Assembly: GCA_023920165.1 (NCBI GenBank)
Contig: CP089274.1
Location: 62,001 to 126,000 of the forward strand
Source of the DNA: Curvularia clavata
Lineage: Eukaryota
Direction: 5' to 3'
Length of the DNA stretch: 64,000 nt
The notes under the pieces were generated by a model. The model ran no database searches. It saw only the letters and a list, made by a program, of their open reading frames with translations, and was not told the origin of the DNA. Made by a program: the position numbers and the translations under genes. Positions 1 through 10,922 of the stretch are shown here, one piece after another (the first letter of the stretch is position 1; each line of letters starts with the position of its first letter).

Positions 1-733
1 TTTTGTCTTTTTGGAACCAACAAACGTTTTTTCCAGACGCCTGAAGTATGAGCATGTCTCACAGCATAGATTATCTCTGCACTCAGGATGTACCTTAGTC
101 ATTATGCCTAAACCATGTTGGGTAGGTAGATCCGCAAAGCTGGCGGGGTACGGCACACACTTGCGTGCGACGCTTCCTTGCCAAACACGTTATCGGCCTT
201 CAGAAAATCGCGCCATGTGTTACAATAGAGACTTGCTGATATTCGCGCCGGGAGACATTAGCGAATCAACAAACGATCCAGGTCTCGCTCCAGTAATTCG
301 CTCGACAAGTGTTTGTGTCGAATAAGCCTCAAGGTTGACAACAGCAGCAGGCGAACGACGAACCGGGTCTGCTTCCTCGGTATTGAATACAAACGGAAAT
401 GATGCGCTAACCGGGCGCGCGCTAGGACGAAAATCCCTGTCACAATTTTGTGACTCTTCGTCACAACATCGCGTATTCAGTATAGTTACTAGAAGAGGAG
501 CCGTCTTACTGACATATGAAGCATATGTGGACACAACTATGACTCCGACCGGCTTTCGACCTGCCAAACCTAGCAATGGATAAGCACCGCTGGACTGGGG
601 ATATGCGGCGTTCGCTCCACATTACTGATCTAAGGCATCAAGGCATCGATCGATTTGAAGATGTATTTAAGACCGTTCTACGATTTCGTAAATGTCGAAA
701 ATTAAACGTTTCTTTCGATAGAATACCGTCGCC

Positions 734-1948
734 ATGTCCTGTATTACTGCGCCTCAAACTATTCCTCGTCAACGAGTTCGCGAACTACTCCCTAACGTTT
801 ACCTTGGACGCCACAAGACAGGTGCTAAGAACAGCATTACAGATGTTTCAGGTGTACTAGTCTCCACTCAATCGATTCATTCCTCTTCGAAATACCCGAG
901 TGCCGGTGGCAACATCAATACAGGTGTGACCACAATTCTTCCACGCAAGGACTGGTTCAACAAAGCATGCTTTTCTGGGTTATTCCGCTTCAACGGCAGC
1001 GGTGAGATGACCGGGAGCCACTGGATCGAGGAAACAGGTCTTCTATTCTCGCCCATTGTTATTACTGGCTCATTCGGCGTTGGCAACGCGTATAACGGCA
1101 TCTACGAGTATGCTATACGCGAATTCATGGAGAAAGATGGAAAGGTGAATTGGTTCCTTCTGCCTGTCGTGGCGGAAACGTATGACGGCTTCATGCACGA
1201 CGTGACCAAATTTGCTGTCATGCCTCAACACGTCATCGATGGCATTGACACAGCAAATAGCAACCCTGTTCCTGAAGGCAACACTGGCGGCGGCACGGGT
1301 ATGCTGTGTCATTGGTTCAAAGGAGGCACAGGATCTAGTTCTCGTATCGTTCCTGGTCATAACAACAAGACGTACACAATTGGCGCATTGGTTCAAGCCA
1401 ACTATGGCAAAATGATGGACTTTAAAATCGCTGGTGCACCTGTGGGCCGCATCATCTATGAAGAGCAAAAACGACGCGTCGAAGCCAACCCGCATGATTC
1501 TGAACTCCTAGCACAGGCGTCGATGCTATTCAAGATTAAAGAAGCAAAAGAGCGGAAGGACGGAAGCATTATTGTTGTCATTGCTACTGATGCGCCATTA
1601 CATCCCACACAACTTCAGCGCATAGCTAAAAGGGCAACGGTAGGACTTTCTCGTGTGGGAGGCTGGGGAGCAAATCCATCCGGCGACATCTTTCTGGCGT
1701 TCAGCACAGCGAACGAAATCGATGTTCAGACTGCTACTGCTTCAAAAGACCCGTTTGTAGCTGAAGAGATTGGGGTTAGGATGGTAAACGATCACACAAT
1801 CAATTCTCTTTTCGAAGCTGCTGCAGATTGTGTGGAAGAGAGCATATTGAATGCGGTGTGTATGGCGGAGACCATGGAAGGGAATGGTAGAAAGGTGGAA
1901 GCGCTGCCCTTGGATAAGGTGAAGGAGATCATGGAGAAATATCTGTAA
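734..1948 (+). CDS. DmpA-family (peptidase P1/S58) L-aminopeptidase/D-esterase or beta-peptidyl aminopeptidase
   Basis: Intronless 404-aa ORF with DmpA motifs [46 protein letters not shown] and VQANYG, plus the Gly-Ser autocleavage site [15 protein letters not shown] and [10 protein letters not shown]. Confidence 0.92.
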   Translation: MSCITAPQTIPRQRVRELLPNVYLGRHKTGAKNSITDVSGVLVSTQSIHSSSKYPSAGGNINTGVTTILPRKDWFNKACFSGLFRFNGSGEMTGSHWIEETGLLFSPIVITGSFGVGNAYNGIYEYAIREFMEKDGKVNWFLLPVVAETYDGFMHDVTKFAVMPQHVIDGIDTANSNPVPEGNTGGGTGMLCHWFKGGTGSSSRIVPGHNNKTYTIGALVQANYGKMMDFKIAGAPVGRIIYEEQKRRVEANPHDSELLAQASMLFKIKEAKERKDGSIIVVIATDAPLHPTQLQRIAKRATVGLSRVGGWGANPSGDIFLAFSTANEIDVQTATASKDPFVAEEIGVRMVNDHTINSLFEAAADCVEESILNAVCMAETMEGNGRKVEALPLDKVKEIMEKYL

Positions 1949-3112
1949 TGAGCACTATTTGATACTGGAACAAATATCAAAGGCAGTTTAAGCTATTCAT
2001 TGGTGGCTTTTGAGTGCCATGAACTTAGAAGCGTTCGAACAAGATCCATTGAGAATATGGAATGCGGCAATGGAATCTCTATGCAATCACGCTTCATTGC
2101 TGGCGATTAATACAGCAAGCCAAAGGAATTCGGCACTGAAAACTCTATATCCTCGCCTAATCAATAGTAATCACGCCTCTATACTTGTTACTTGCATCGG
2201 GGAGAGTTAGGGTAGCGAGAATGGGAAGACTTCATCAACGTGTGGTGGTTTCCCTGCTCGTTCTTGCTGAAATCCCCACAATCGGTGACCCGGGCTATTA
2301 GATACCAGCGGATGCGCTAGATACTCAAGTAACAACCAACGCTTTCATTCCCAGACATGGTGTGCGTAGCTCATTCCTAGTCCATGGCGAACTTAGAACC
2401 ATCACTAACCAATGATCGATTTGATTCCGGTAGCGGTCATGACCAGCGTTGGGCAGCGTACACCTCGCCTGGGGGCCAAACAAGTGTCATCAGCGACCAT
2501 GGCTTCCGGGTCCAACCCAATATTTACTCAATCTTTTGGCCGTCCCAGACAAGCATATCTCCTGGATCCCGAATGTTTCGCAGCCAATGCTCGGCTGACA
2601 ATTGTTGCGAGCGCGCGGTGGTTGAATAAACGTGGAGGCGAACATGAGATGCCGGTGTACAGGGATAGCGCAGTGCATCCTACTCGTTTGAGTAGGTTGG
2701 ATGTAGATGCTATGAACAGTAAGTCATCGTCTCGACGGATAGTGAGAATGTGCTAATGGCATATGGATGTGAACGCCCTCGAGGTACCACGACCCGTGAA
2801 GTACAGCTGAGAGGATACTCGAGTGTAACTACGGCGAATGCTACAGCTCGACCACAATCGATGGATCCGGTACTGGATCGACTAAAAGGCAAGCACAAAC
2901 TTCACCAGGGGTCGAGGTGGACTCTCACAGCCACGGCCACGGCCAAAGCCACGGTCATAGGAGAAAATCTTTACATTAATAATGATTCGCTTGATTTGAT
3001 ACCCTCTTGGTAACAATCCGTGCATATCGAGATCTGGAGCCGTGGATCCTATATAAGAATGAAGGAAATATGAGAATACATGAGATTTCGTCGCCCACTA
3101 TTGTGCGTTTTA

Positions 3113-4402
3113 TCAGTAAGCTGGTGCTACGCTCCAAGGCGCTTGGAATTCCACCTCCGTCTGCACTCCCCCCAACTCCATCACCTTCCTGCTACCATCA
3201 AACTCGCCAAAATACCCTTCACCCCCCATAACGCCTTGTTCATCAACCTGCCACACACCATCAACGACCAAGAACTTCCAAAATGTTAGTACCTCCCTTA
3301 AAGTAGCCAGCGGCCTGACGCGCATCCACGGACACCACCTATTATGATAAGTAAACAACGAGTCCCGCCCTCTGCCATCAACAAATAGCACTGCATCACC
3401 CCACCCCTCCTCAGGGTAAAGATACAAGCCCGCCCTTCGCTCAAGCAGTATTGATCCGCGGCCCCAGAAGTTGTCAAATTTACGACTAGCTGGGCGTGCG
3501 ACAGTCGTGTCGCTGGGGAATAGTAATGCGGGAGCGAGGTTGCGATCGCGATGGCACTGGCGTTGCGGATCATCACTTGGTTTGTTACCGATGGCGATTC
3601 TGCGTTCGCTGTTGATGGGTTCATTGGCGTGGATTGCTTCGAACGTGGAGGAAGTCCATGACTTCACTCCTGGGGCAATGTTTATATTGGGATTGTTCGG
3701 TGCACGCGCTTGTGTCAGAAATGCGCGTTGAAACGGGTGATCGCACCACCGTTCCGCCACGGCTGTCTCGACAAGAGTCGTAGTACTGCGTCTCTGCTCA
3801 GTTTGAACCGGCATTCTCTCTTCGATCGCAGTGACAAGCTCATCCCAGGCATTCAGCGACTGTTGCAAGTCCCACTGGCCCCATGGCTGTAAGGACAATT
3901 CTGGCTCTACCCGCATCTTCTCAACATCCCACATTATCAGCCAGCGCGACAATATTTCCGCGAGAGGTAGCCATGAGTCCTCCGGTGGAAAACCGAGCGA
4001 TGGGTCGATCCAACACGCTACTTCGCGCTCTTGATCGAAAAACAGGCCGCCCTCATTTTCCATAGTGAGAGAGACGTCTTGGTAGAGAAGAATGAGATCG
4101 TCTTCATAGGCGGAGAATTGAGGCCATGAGCGGTATCGAAACAAGGAAGTGGAGCTGGGAGGCTGGCAGAAGGACGTTAGGGCCGTGTACATTCCTCCAA
4201 CGGGCCAGGATTCGATAGTAGAAAGGAATGTCCGAATGCCAGGTGAGAGACGGGTTCTCAATGAGTCGACTGCACTATGCGTGACAAGGACGTCCTGTAA
4301 TGGCTGGATAGATGGCTTTGCTTTCTTAAGCCACTGCACCAATTGATTATGTAAGGAGGCACATTCCTTAGGATCGAACTGTGATGCGTCGTCTTCAAAC
4401 AT
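3113..4402 (-). CDS. Fungal hypothetical protein (~429 aa)
   Basis: Long intronless ORF with first ATG at 4402. Trp-rich globular composition (WLPLAEILSRW, LREVLTFW..LV.DGVWQVDEQGVMGG). No function recognised. Confidence 0.7.
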   Translation of the reverse strand: MFEDDASQFDPKECASLHNQLVQWLKKAKPSIQPLQDVLVTHSAVDSLRTRLSPGIRTFLSTIESWPVGGMYTALTSFCQPPSSTSLFRYRSWPQFSAYEDDLILLYQDVSLTMENEGGLFFDQEREVACWIDPSLGFPPEDSWLPLAEILSRWLIMWDVEKMRVEPELSLQPWGQWDLQQSLNAWDELVTAIEERMPVQTEQRRSTTTLVETAVAERWCDHPFQRAFLTQARAPNNPNINIAPGVKSWTSSTFEAIHANEPINSERRIAIGNKPSDDPQRQCHRDRNLAPALLFPSDTTVARPASRKFDNFWGRGSILLERRAGLYLYPEEGWGDAVLFVDGRGRDSLFTYHNRWCPWMRVRPLATLREVLTFWKFLVVDGVWQVDEQGVMGGEGYFGEFDGSRKVMELGGVQTEVEFQAPWSVAPAY

Positions 4403-5302
4403 GACCAAGCCGTGGGGTTCTTAGGTCAAGGTGTATCGTTTGGACGAAAATAACATGTAGCTTACGAGAAGTCTACCTCGCGTAAGACCCAAACTTACCT
4501 AGCGTTCTAGCTTCTAGACTACGCTCGCCTAAATTTAATCTACCGTATGTGGGGTGACCTAACAGATCCTGTTGAGATACCAGACTCATAGTACTTTGTA
4601 ATTACACGTTACTGTAACAGATATGATGGAATTACACTTAAGGTAAGTTACTGTAAGCAGTGAATGGAAATTCTGTGCATTCTGAGCTAGCCTAGTAGCG
4701 ATTGGCTTCCGCTTCGCTTTGACAAAGTCCCAAACGAGTCAAGGCTGGGGGGAGCTCCGTTTCTTACTCTATCATTTTGAATTTTATGGAATATCTACGG
4801 ATCGCTCTCCATCGTTCACGGGAAACGGCCTCCGCGTTTTACTAGCTTGATTGGCGTGAGCGCCACCAGAGCGGTAGTGAACCGAGTTGTGCCGAACCGA
4901 AGGTTGCGGATTAAATGCCCCGCAGCAAGCATCGACATTCAGGATCCATATCCTCGGTTCGGAGCAGGTTGAAAGTAGTGAACAAGGATTGTCTACTCAC
5001 ACTGGCTAGAATTTCTACAGACCTCCAATGGGAAGCCTAGCGACCGCATCTGATCAGAAAGGGTCATTGAGCCCGGGGAGGAAAGATTTAGGCCTCGGAG
5101 ATGACTATTCAGTTGATCCTCGGTTCGGATCTGCTCATTGAGGATAGGTCTTCTGCCATCGTGTTTACTCTGGGATGCGTGAATAAAAGACCATCTGCCA
5201 TGCACCACCTTGCAAGAAAGAGAATTATATCTCAAATTAAACACATTCCGAACTCATTAAGCAGTCTTCACTTCCTGGTTCGTTCCTCGAATCCGATTGA
5301 GC

Positions 5303-6232
5303 ATGACGAATGATGACGCCATTTCGAGGCTCGAAGCTCGGGTTGTCGCAACCGAGCGTCTAGCACAGCGCGTAAGTAATTCATTGATTAGTCCAGATAA
5401 CCCATACTCACCAGGCATTCTTTAATAGGCGTATGATCGTGGTGCAGTGGAGAATGTTTTCAGCAAGTACATGCATCTGCACAACGTCTTCCTAGATGAG
5501 CAAATCAAGGAACTATGGGTCTCCCGAGGCACTCCAGGGATTCATGCTCAGTACACAAATGTTGGAGTATACACCGACTATGACAGTGTCATGAAATACC
5601 ACACCGGACGTCCATCTCCGAAGGGGAAGCTCATCTTACACGAAACGACAACACCAGTTATCGAAGTCGCTGAAGATGGAAAAACAGCTAAGGGCTTCTG
5701 GCTAATGGCTGGTGTTGAGTCAGGTACATCAGACCCTAAAAATGTTGGTGCCATGCCGGAAGAGCTTTATGAGCCCCCAGAGAAGAATGTCGACGGCAAA
5801 CGCGTCTGGGCGCATTGGGTCTGGTGCCATTACGCTCTTGATTTTCTGAAACAGGATGGCGAATGGAAGATCTGGCATTTTCGATGTTTAGAGGTGGCAA
5901 GAGCTCCGTACAGCGAGAACTGGATCACATTTGCCTCGAAAAATCAAGTCGCATTTGACAAGGTCCGTGCTAAGGTCTCTGCATAAACTCCCGAATCACA
6001 ATGCTGACATACAGACACAGGATCTTGCGTACTTTGGTGAAGATGGCAAGGCTGTATTCATGCCTGACCCAGACCAGCCTGCAGTGAAGGTTTGTGGCAC
6101 TGTGTACAAGACGACCATTGCTGATTATCTGTTATCTAGAGAGCTGAAATTTTCGGGCCTGACCGAAGCAGGCAGCTTGATGTGCCGTTGCCTCGTGCGT
6201 ATAAGACCTTTAGCGAAGTTGAAGAATATTGA
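5303..6232 (+). CDS. SnoaL-like/NTF2-fold protein (BaiE/LinA/scytalone-dehydratase-like superfamily)
   Basis: Four exons join in frame: 5303-5371, 5429-5962, 6021-6089 and 6140-6232 (GT-AG introns). Motifs HETTTPVIEVAEDGKTAKGFW and YALDFLKQDGEWKIWH; C-terminus PLPRAYKTFSEVEEY. Confidence 0.85.
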
Positions 6233-7544
6233 TTTTCGCGACGATGTAAAGCAAAATACCGTCTGCTCATTCGTCGAGACCAGGTATCCATGTCTGTGTT
6301 CTGTAGTCAAGCACGAGTGGAGGAGTTGAATTGTATAGGAGACGCATGGAGGTCGGTCTGTATTTGTTCAAATGCTAATCTGAACAAGTGGGGAAATGCG
6401 GGCTGAATGCACAGTTATCAATCGTTATGATGGTCATCCTTATGTGAAATATGCAATGAAAATATAATTTGTACGCGATTAGAGAGGTGCATGGTCCAGA
6501 GCAATGAGCTTTAGCTTCCTTTAAGCCTGATGAAGACTCGACTTGCTCCATGACCGAAATTGATCAAATGTAAGCATATGCGTATCAACCCAAAATTGGT
6601 TTTCTAGGTAGGTTGAACAACGTGGAGATAGAAAATTCCAAGCAGACCCAGGAATATTCTCGGGGTAAAATCAACCCCGTAGATTTGTTGGTTTACATTC
6701 CTTTTTTGGTACGTTGCAGAAAAAGTGGTTTCTAGTTAAGACATGCGAACTTTGTGAATTAACCCGAGTGCCAATTCTTGATGGTGGCCCGGCCAGTGTT
6801 GTGAAACTCATCTCGCCGATCCCCGTATACTCTGGTGGTGTCAAATCCGACTGGATCCTTCTGCTCACATTGAGCGCCATACACGAAGTCACGCTGGCTG
6901 TCCTATGTTACACTCTACGTGCTGATTGACATGGTTTTGAGGGCTGGCTTTTGAGATAGAATGCTAATAAGTGACATAATATTTAAGACTCAAGATGCGA
7001 GCTTGCGAACGGAAAGCCAGCAGGCGCTCTGTCCCTTCCGGACGCTGCTTTTCTCGAAGACTGACATACTGGCAAGTATGAAAGTACGCATTTGAACATA
7101 ATTTCAATTGGGATTATTTGTCGTAGTTGCGACATCTTTGCAAACAATGAAGCTCCATCCTATTGGAAAAAATCATTCTGAAAGTCTTTCCGATGCCAGA
7201 CACCAAACACGTCGAGTTATCCTCATCAGGTGTGGAGCAGCTCAGCAACCAACCGCCATCAGCTGCAGAGACTATCTCATAGAACTCAGAAGATATAAAT
7301 AACTGAGTCAAGTTCGCGCGTACCTTTCCAGAAAATTCACCGCTAATCGGGTTGCTCAAAGCAACACTTGAAGAATCGTGCGATGCACATGGCGACCTTG
7401 GGGCTTTTGTGATTTTTCGCAAGAGGTATAAGAATGGCAAAGAAAGTCCTGCATGTGAACCTCTCCTTGGAGAAATTCCTAGCAACAACAATATCAGAGA
7501 TGAATCTGTAGCTATTTATAACATTATGTAGCTATACCGTAAAG

Positions 7545-9345
7545 TCATTCTTCGTTAGTTGAGACTACACCTCTTTGCTTTCCCACGCGACTGCTATACG
7601 CTCGCCACTTCGGATTGAGATAATATATGGGAATTCCTAGAACGAAACATGCCGCAAGAACGCCGGCTAAGGCTCCAAATGCGTATGAGTACCCGCCCTT
7701 GTCCAACATGGGATTCAGACCATATGTGAAGCCAAAAGAGATAATGTTCTTTGTGCCTACCACCATCACTAATGCAGGACCCGGATGTCTCGGATTAGCT
7801 TCGGCAGCGAATGTCGTAGATACGATCAGAACAGTCACCCACGTGGTGGAGAAGAAAGTATACGCAAGCACAGGGCCCCACCAGCTAGCTTTGCCGCCGG
7901 CAGCGAAGCCATATGTGATCAACATGCCCACAGCAATTACTGCAGGCGGCACCAGCACTACCAAGCGATGCTCGGGTTTATGGATGCCGTGGTTACCCCG
8001 CGCCATGCAAAGTACCAGACGCTCGCCTAGTAGAACAGAGTAAGCTGAGCCAAGTATACCGCCTATAACTGACCCAATGTTGATGAGACCGATGTCTTTG
8101 GGTAGCCAGCCTTTGGCCTGCAGGACGGCATCGTAAGTCAATGACATGTCCACCACACAGCTGAGCGTGATGGATGTGACTAAAACCACATACAGAATGG
8201 CTGGCGACGTCAAACTTTGTGCCATGCGTACCCAGGACATCAGAATGATGTACGCAGGTCGTGAGTGTGGCTTTTGCCAAAGCATCAGTTTCTGTACGTA
8301 CGTGGTTCGGGTAGCTGGCTCATCATGTGCGTTTTGCGACATTTGTCTGTTGGCCTGGCCGAAATATTCCTGGGCTTGATCGTCGGGCACGACTTGCGTA
8401 ACACCAAACTCATCCGTGAAGATGATAACTCCATCGATGCTTGTCGCAGGCCGGCTAAAGCGCGTCTCGAATGCGCAAAAGAAGGCTACAACAAGGCCTA
8501 TCCCGATTAGGATAGCAAACACCCAATAATACCAACGCCATCCTAAGTCCGCGTTGATGTAGCTGGCTGATATGTTGAACACACCGGCGGAAATAGTTTG
8601 AATCATCCAGTACAAGCCGAAGATTCGACCGCGTTCATGCAAAAAAGTGACTTCGGTCAACATCAGAGGCAATAGCGACTCAGAAGCGCCAGTTGCGAGC
8701 CCTTGTAGAGTCCGAGTAGCGAGATGACTGTTATAGTCACTCTGCACTGCGGCGCCGATTGTTGCTAAGAACAGGATAATAGTCGACGCAAGAAATACTG
8801 GTCTGCGGCCGTATGCCATAGACACGGGTAGAATGATATAGTTTCCTTTTCTCAGTCAGCACAATGTTTGGAACACATGTAATAGGAGAAATACCAAGTC
8901 CAATTGCAAGGTTCGGTATTGTAAGTAGGTAGGCAATATGTTGTGGGTCGTATCCTTGGGGCATATACATATGGAAGAACACGCTTAAGAAGGAGCCCAA
9001 GCCACCTGCAAGTGCGAGGCTAAGCAGAGCTACAAAGAGAAATCAGACATAGATACGATGTATTGCAAGTGCTCTCTGCGATTCTAGAGACTTACAGAAC
9101 CAGCAGCAACTGAAGATGACGGCCCATTTTTCCCTTGGCCGGAAATTGAGAGGATCATTGGGATCTTGCGATGGTACAGGCAGCTTTCGGACATTGCCAA
9201 GTCGGTCTATCAACAAAGCGTTGCCTTCAATATGCTTATCTGATTCTCTCGAGAATCCAAAGGACTCTAGAGGTTCCTTGGCACCGCTTTTGGATGTTTG
9301 ATTGGCTGCGATCAGTGAGACGTGCGGCTTGGATTCGATATCCAT
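7545..9345 (-). CDS. MFS transporter (fungal drug:H+ antiporter-like family)
   Basis: N-terminal LPVPSQDPNDPLN, then YGRRPVFL, FLHERGRIFG, LGWRWYYW and NHGIHKPEHRL; about 12 hydrophobic segments; two introns in the 5' part. Confidence 0.9.
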
Positions 9346-10268
9346 GACTGTGCCCACTGGACTTTAGGGTCTATCTGATGTCGTAATTTGCACTTCGATT
9401 GGAGCTCGTGGCCTCGAAAGGCATAACAAACTCTAAAACCGGTCTGAGTGCATCACATTATTAATGCATGTCGGCTCCACATTCGGGACTATATACCCCT
9501 AGATTCCTCGGCTCGCTTCATCCTGATTCCTCTAGAATTTTGCGGGGAACTCAGCATGGATATTCCACGGGGCGGAGACAGTTTTGCGCTTGCATTCCGC
9601 GGATCTGAACCGAAACGTTTTCGGGTTAGGGCATGCGGCTACCGTGATCATCGGAAAAGTGACCTACGATAATATACCAGTCGACTGTGGAGGATGTACA
9701 ACGTTGTATTCAGCCTTGATCACAAAACTCACTCTATATCATTCTAAGCCTTCAGGCTGGAGTTTGACGGTGACTAGAAAAGAACCACGTTGTCGACAAC
9801 CATGACCTCCAAGAGCATTGAGACGCCAGCGACAGCCATCGCACTGCCGAGTACGGGCTATCGCGAACTGGTCGATGGCAGGAATCACCAGCTCAGCGAT
9901 TGGCGGACGGCCTCTTTCGCGATGGCCGTGCAGTCATCAAAGGCGCTGTTCCGCGTGAGAGAGCACTGAAGCATACTGATCAGATGTATTCTTTTGCAGA
10001 ATTTTTGTAAATCGCCATTGACTACGGCTAGGCTTCTGCATGCAGTAACAGTCGCTAGTATCACAATGCATCATTCTTGAGTGTGATCGTGACGAACCGT
10101 CTACTACATACTCTAACCCATTCCCTATATTCAACGGCAATGGCATGCATGCTCTTGCTATATGGGGTACGACACGAAGATTTGGTTTAGGCTATCCGCC
10201 TGGAACCAAGTGAAGTAGATGCACTTGAGAGTATGTTCTAACACACTGTATTAAAAGGTTAGAATTCT

Positions 10269-10685
10269 GACTAGAGCGTGAAGTATCTTTTACAGCAAGA
10301 CAATGACTTTCACCGACCATAACATCAGCTTGTCACGCTGGCATTCACAACCATCGTTGGGATTACCTTTTTTATAATCTACGGACATGCTTCAGGGCAT
10401 CCAGAGTGACTGGATTGGTCGGCCATCATGTTTGCATTTATTGCATACCACTTTGCCTTTGCGGGAGTCAACTGAACAGGCATCGTCTACACTCCCGATT
10501 ACTACCCCACACGTGTGGGTCCAGCCTTCTTCATCCTCTGCGCTTTGCATGACATCCTCAGTTTTGGAACATTGTACGCTGTCCAGCCTTTGATCGATCT
10601 TAAGGGACACGATAAAGTGTTTCTCGCCTGTGGAGTTCTCACTGGTGTCATCAGTGTTCTGGGTTTAACCGTCTCCCTTTTTTAG
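10269..10685 (+). pseudogene. Degenerate C-terminal fragment of an MFS transporter
   Basis: One frame reads D*SVKYLLQQDNDFHRP*HQLVTLAFTTIVGITFFIIYGHASGHPE*LDWSAIMFAF...VN*TGIVYTPDYYPTRVGPAFFILCALHDILSFGTLYAVQPLIDLKGHDKVFLACGVLTGVISVLGLTVSLF*. This parallels the C-terminal part of the neighbouring MFS and has four internal stops. Confidence 0.75.
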
Positions 10686-10922
10686 CGTGTGTATAGAAGC
10701 ATTTTGCTCCCTATTTACCGTGAGGATGAATGAAACTAACCCTACATACTCAGGAATGACCAAAGTAAGATCGGTAGTCGATGGATAGGAGCTGTTAGTT
10801 GGCTAGTGGTTTTCATTCTTAGTCTTATTGCTCAGGATGTTGTTAGGAGTCGTATTAAAGCCTAGAGAATAGCTGAAGTGCGCAAGAGTGAGAACTGAAT
10901 TTCTTGATTTCAAAATCTAAGC

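Noticed and set aside
6760..6933. Minus-strand frame with an ATG and two early TAG stops followed by protein-like text
   Set aside because: Too short and no family recognised.
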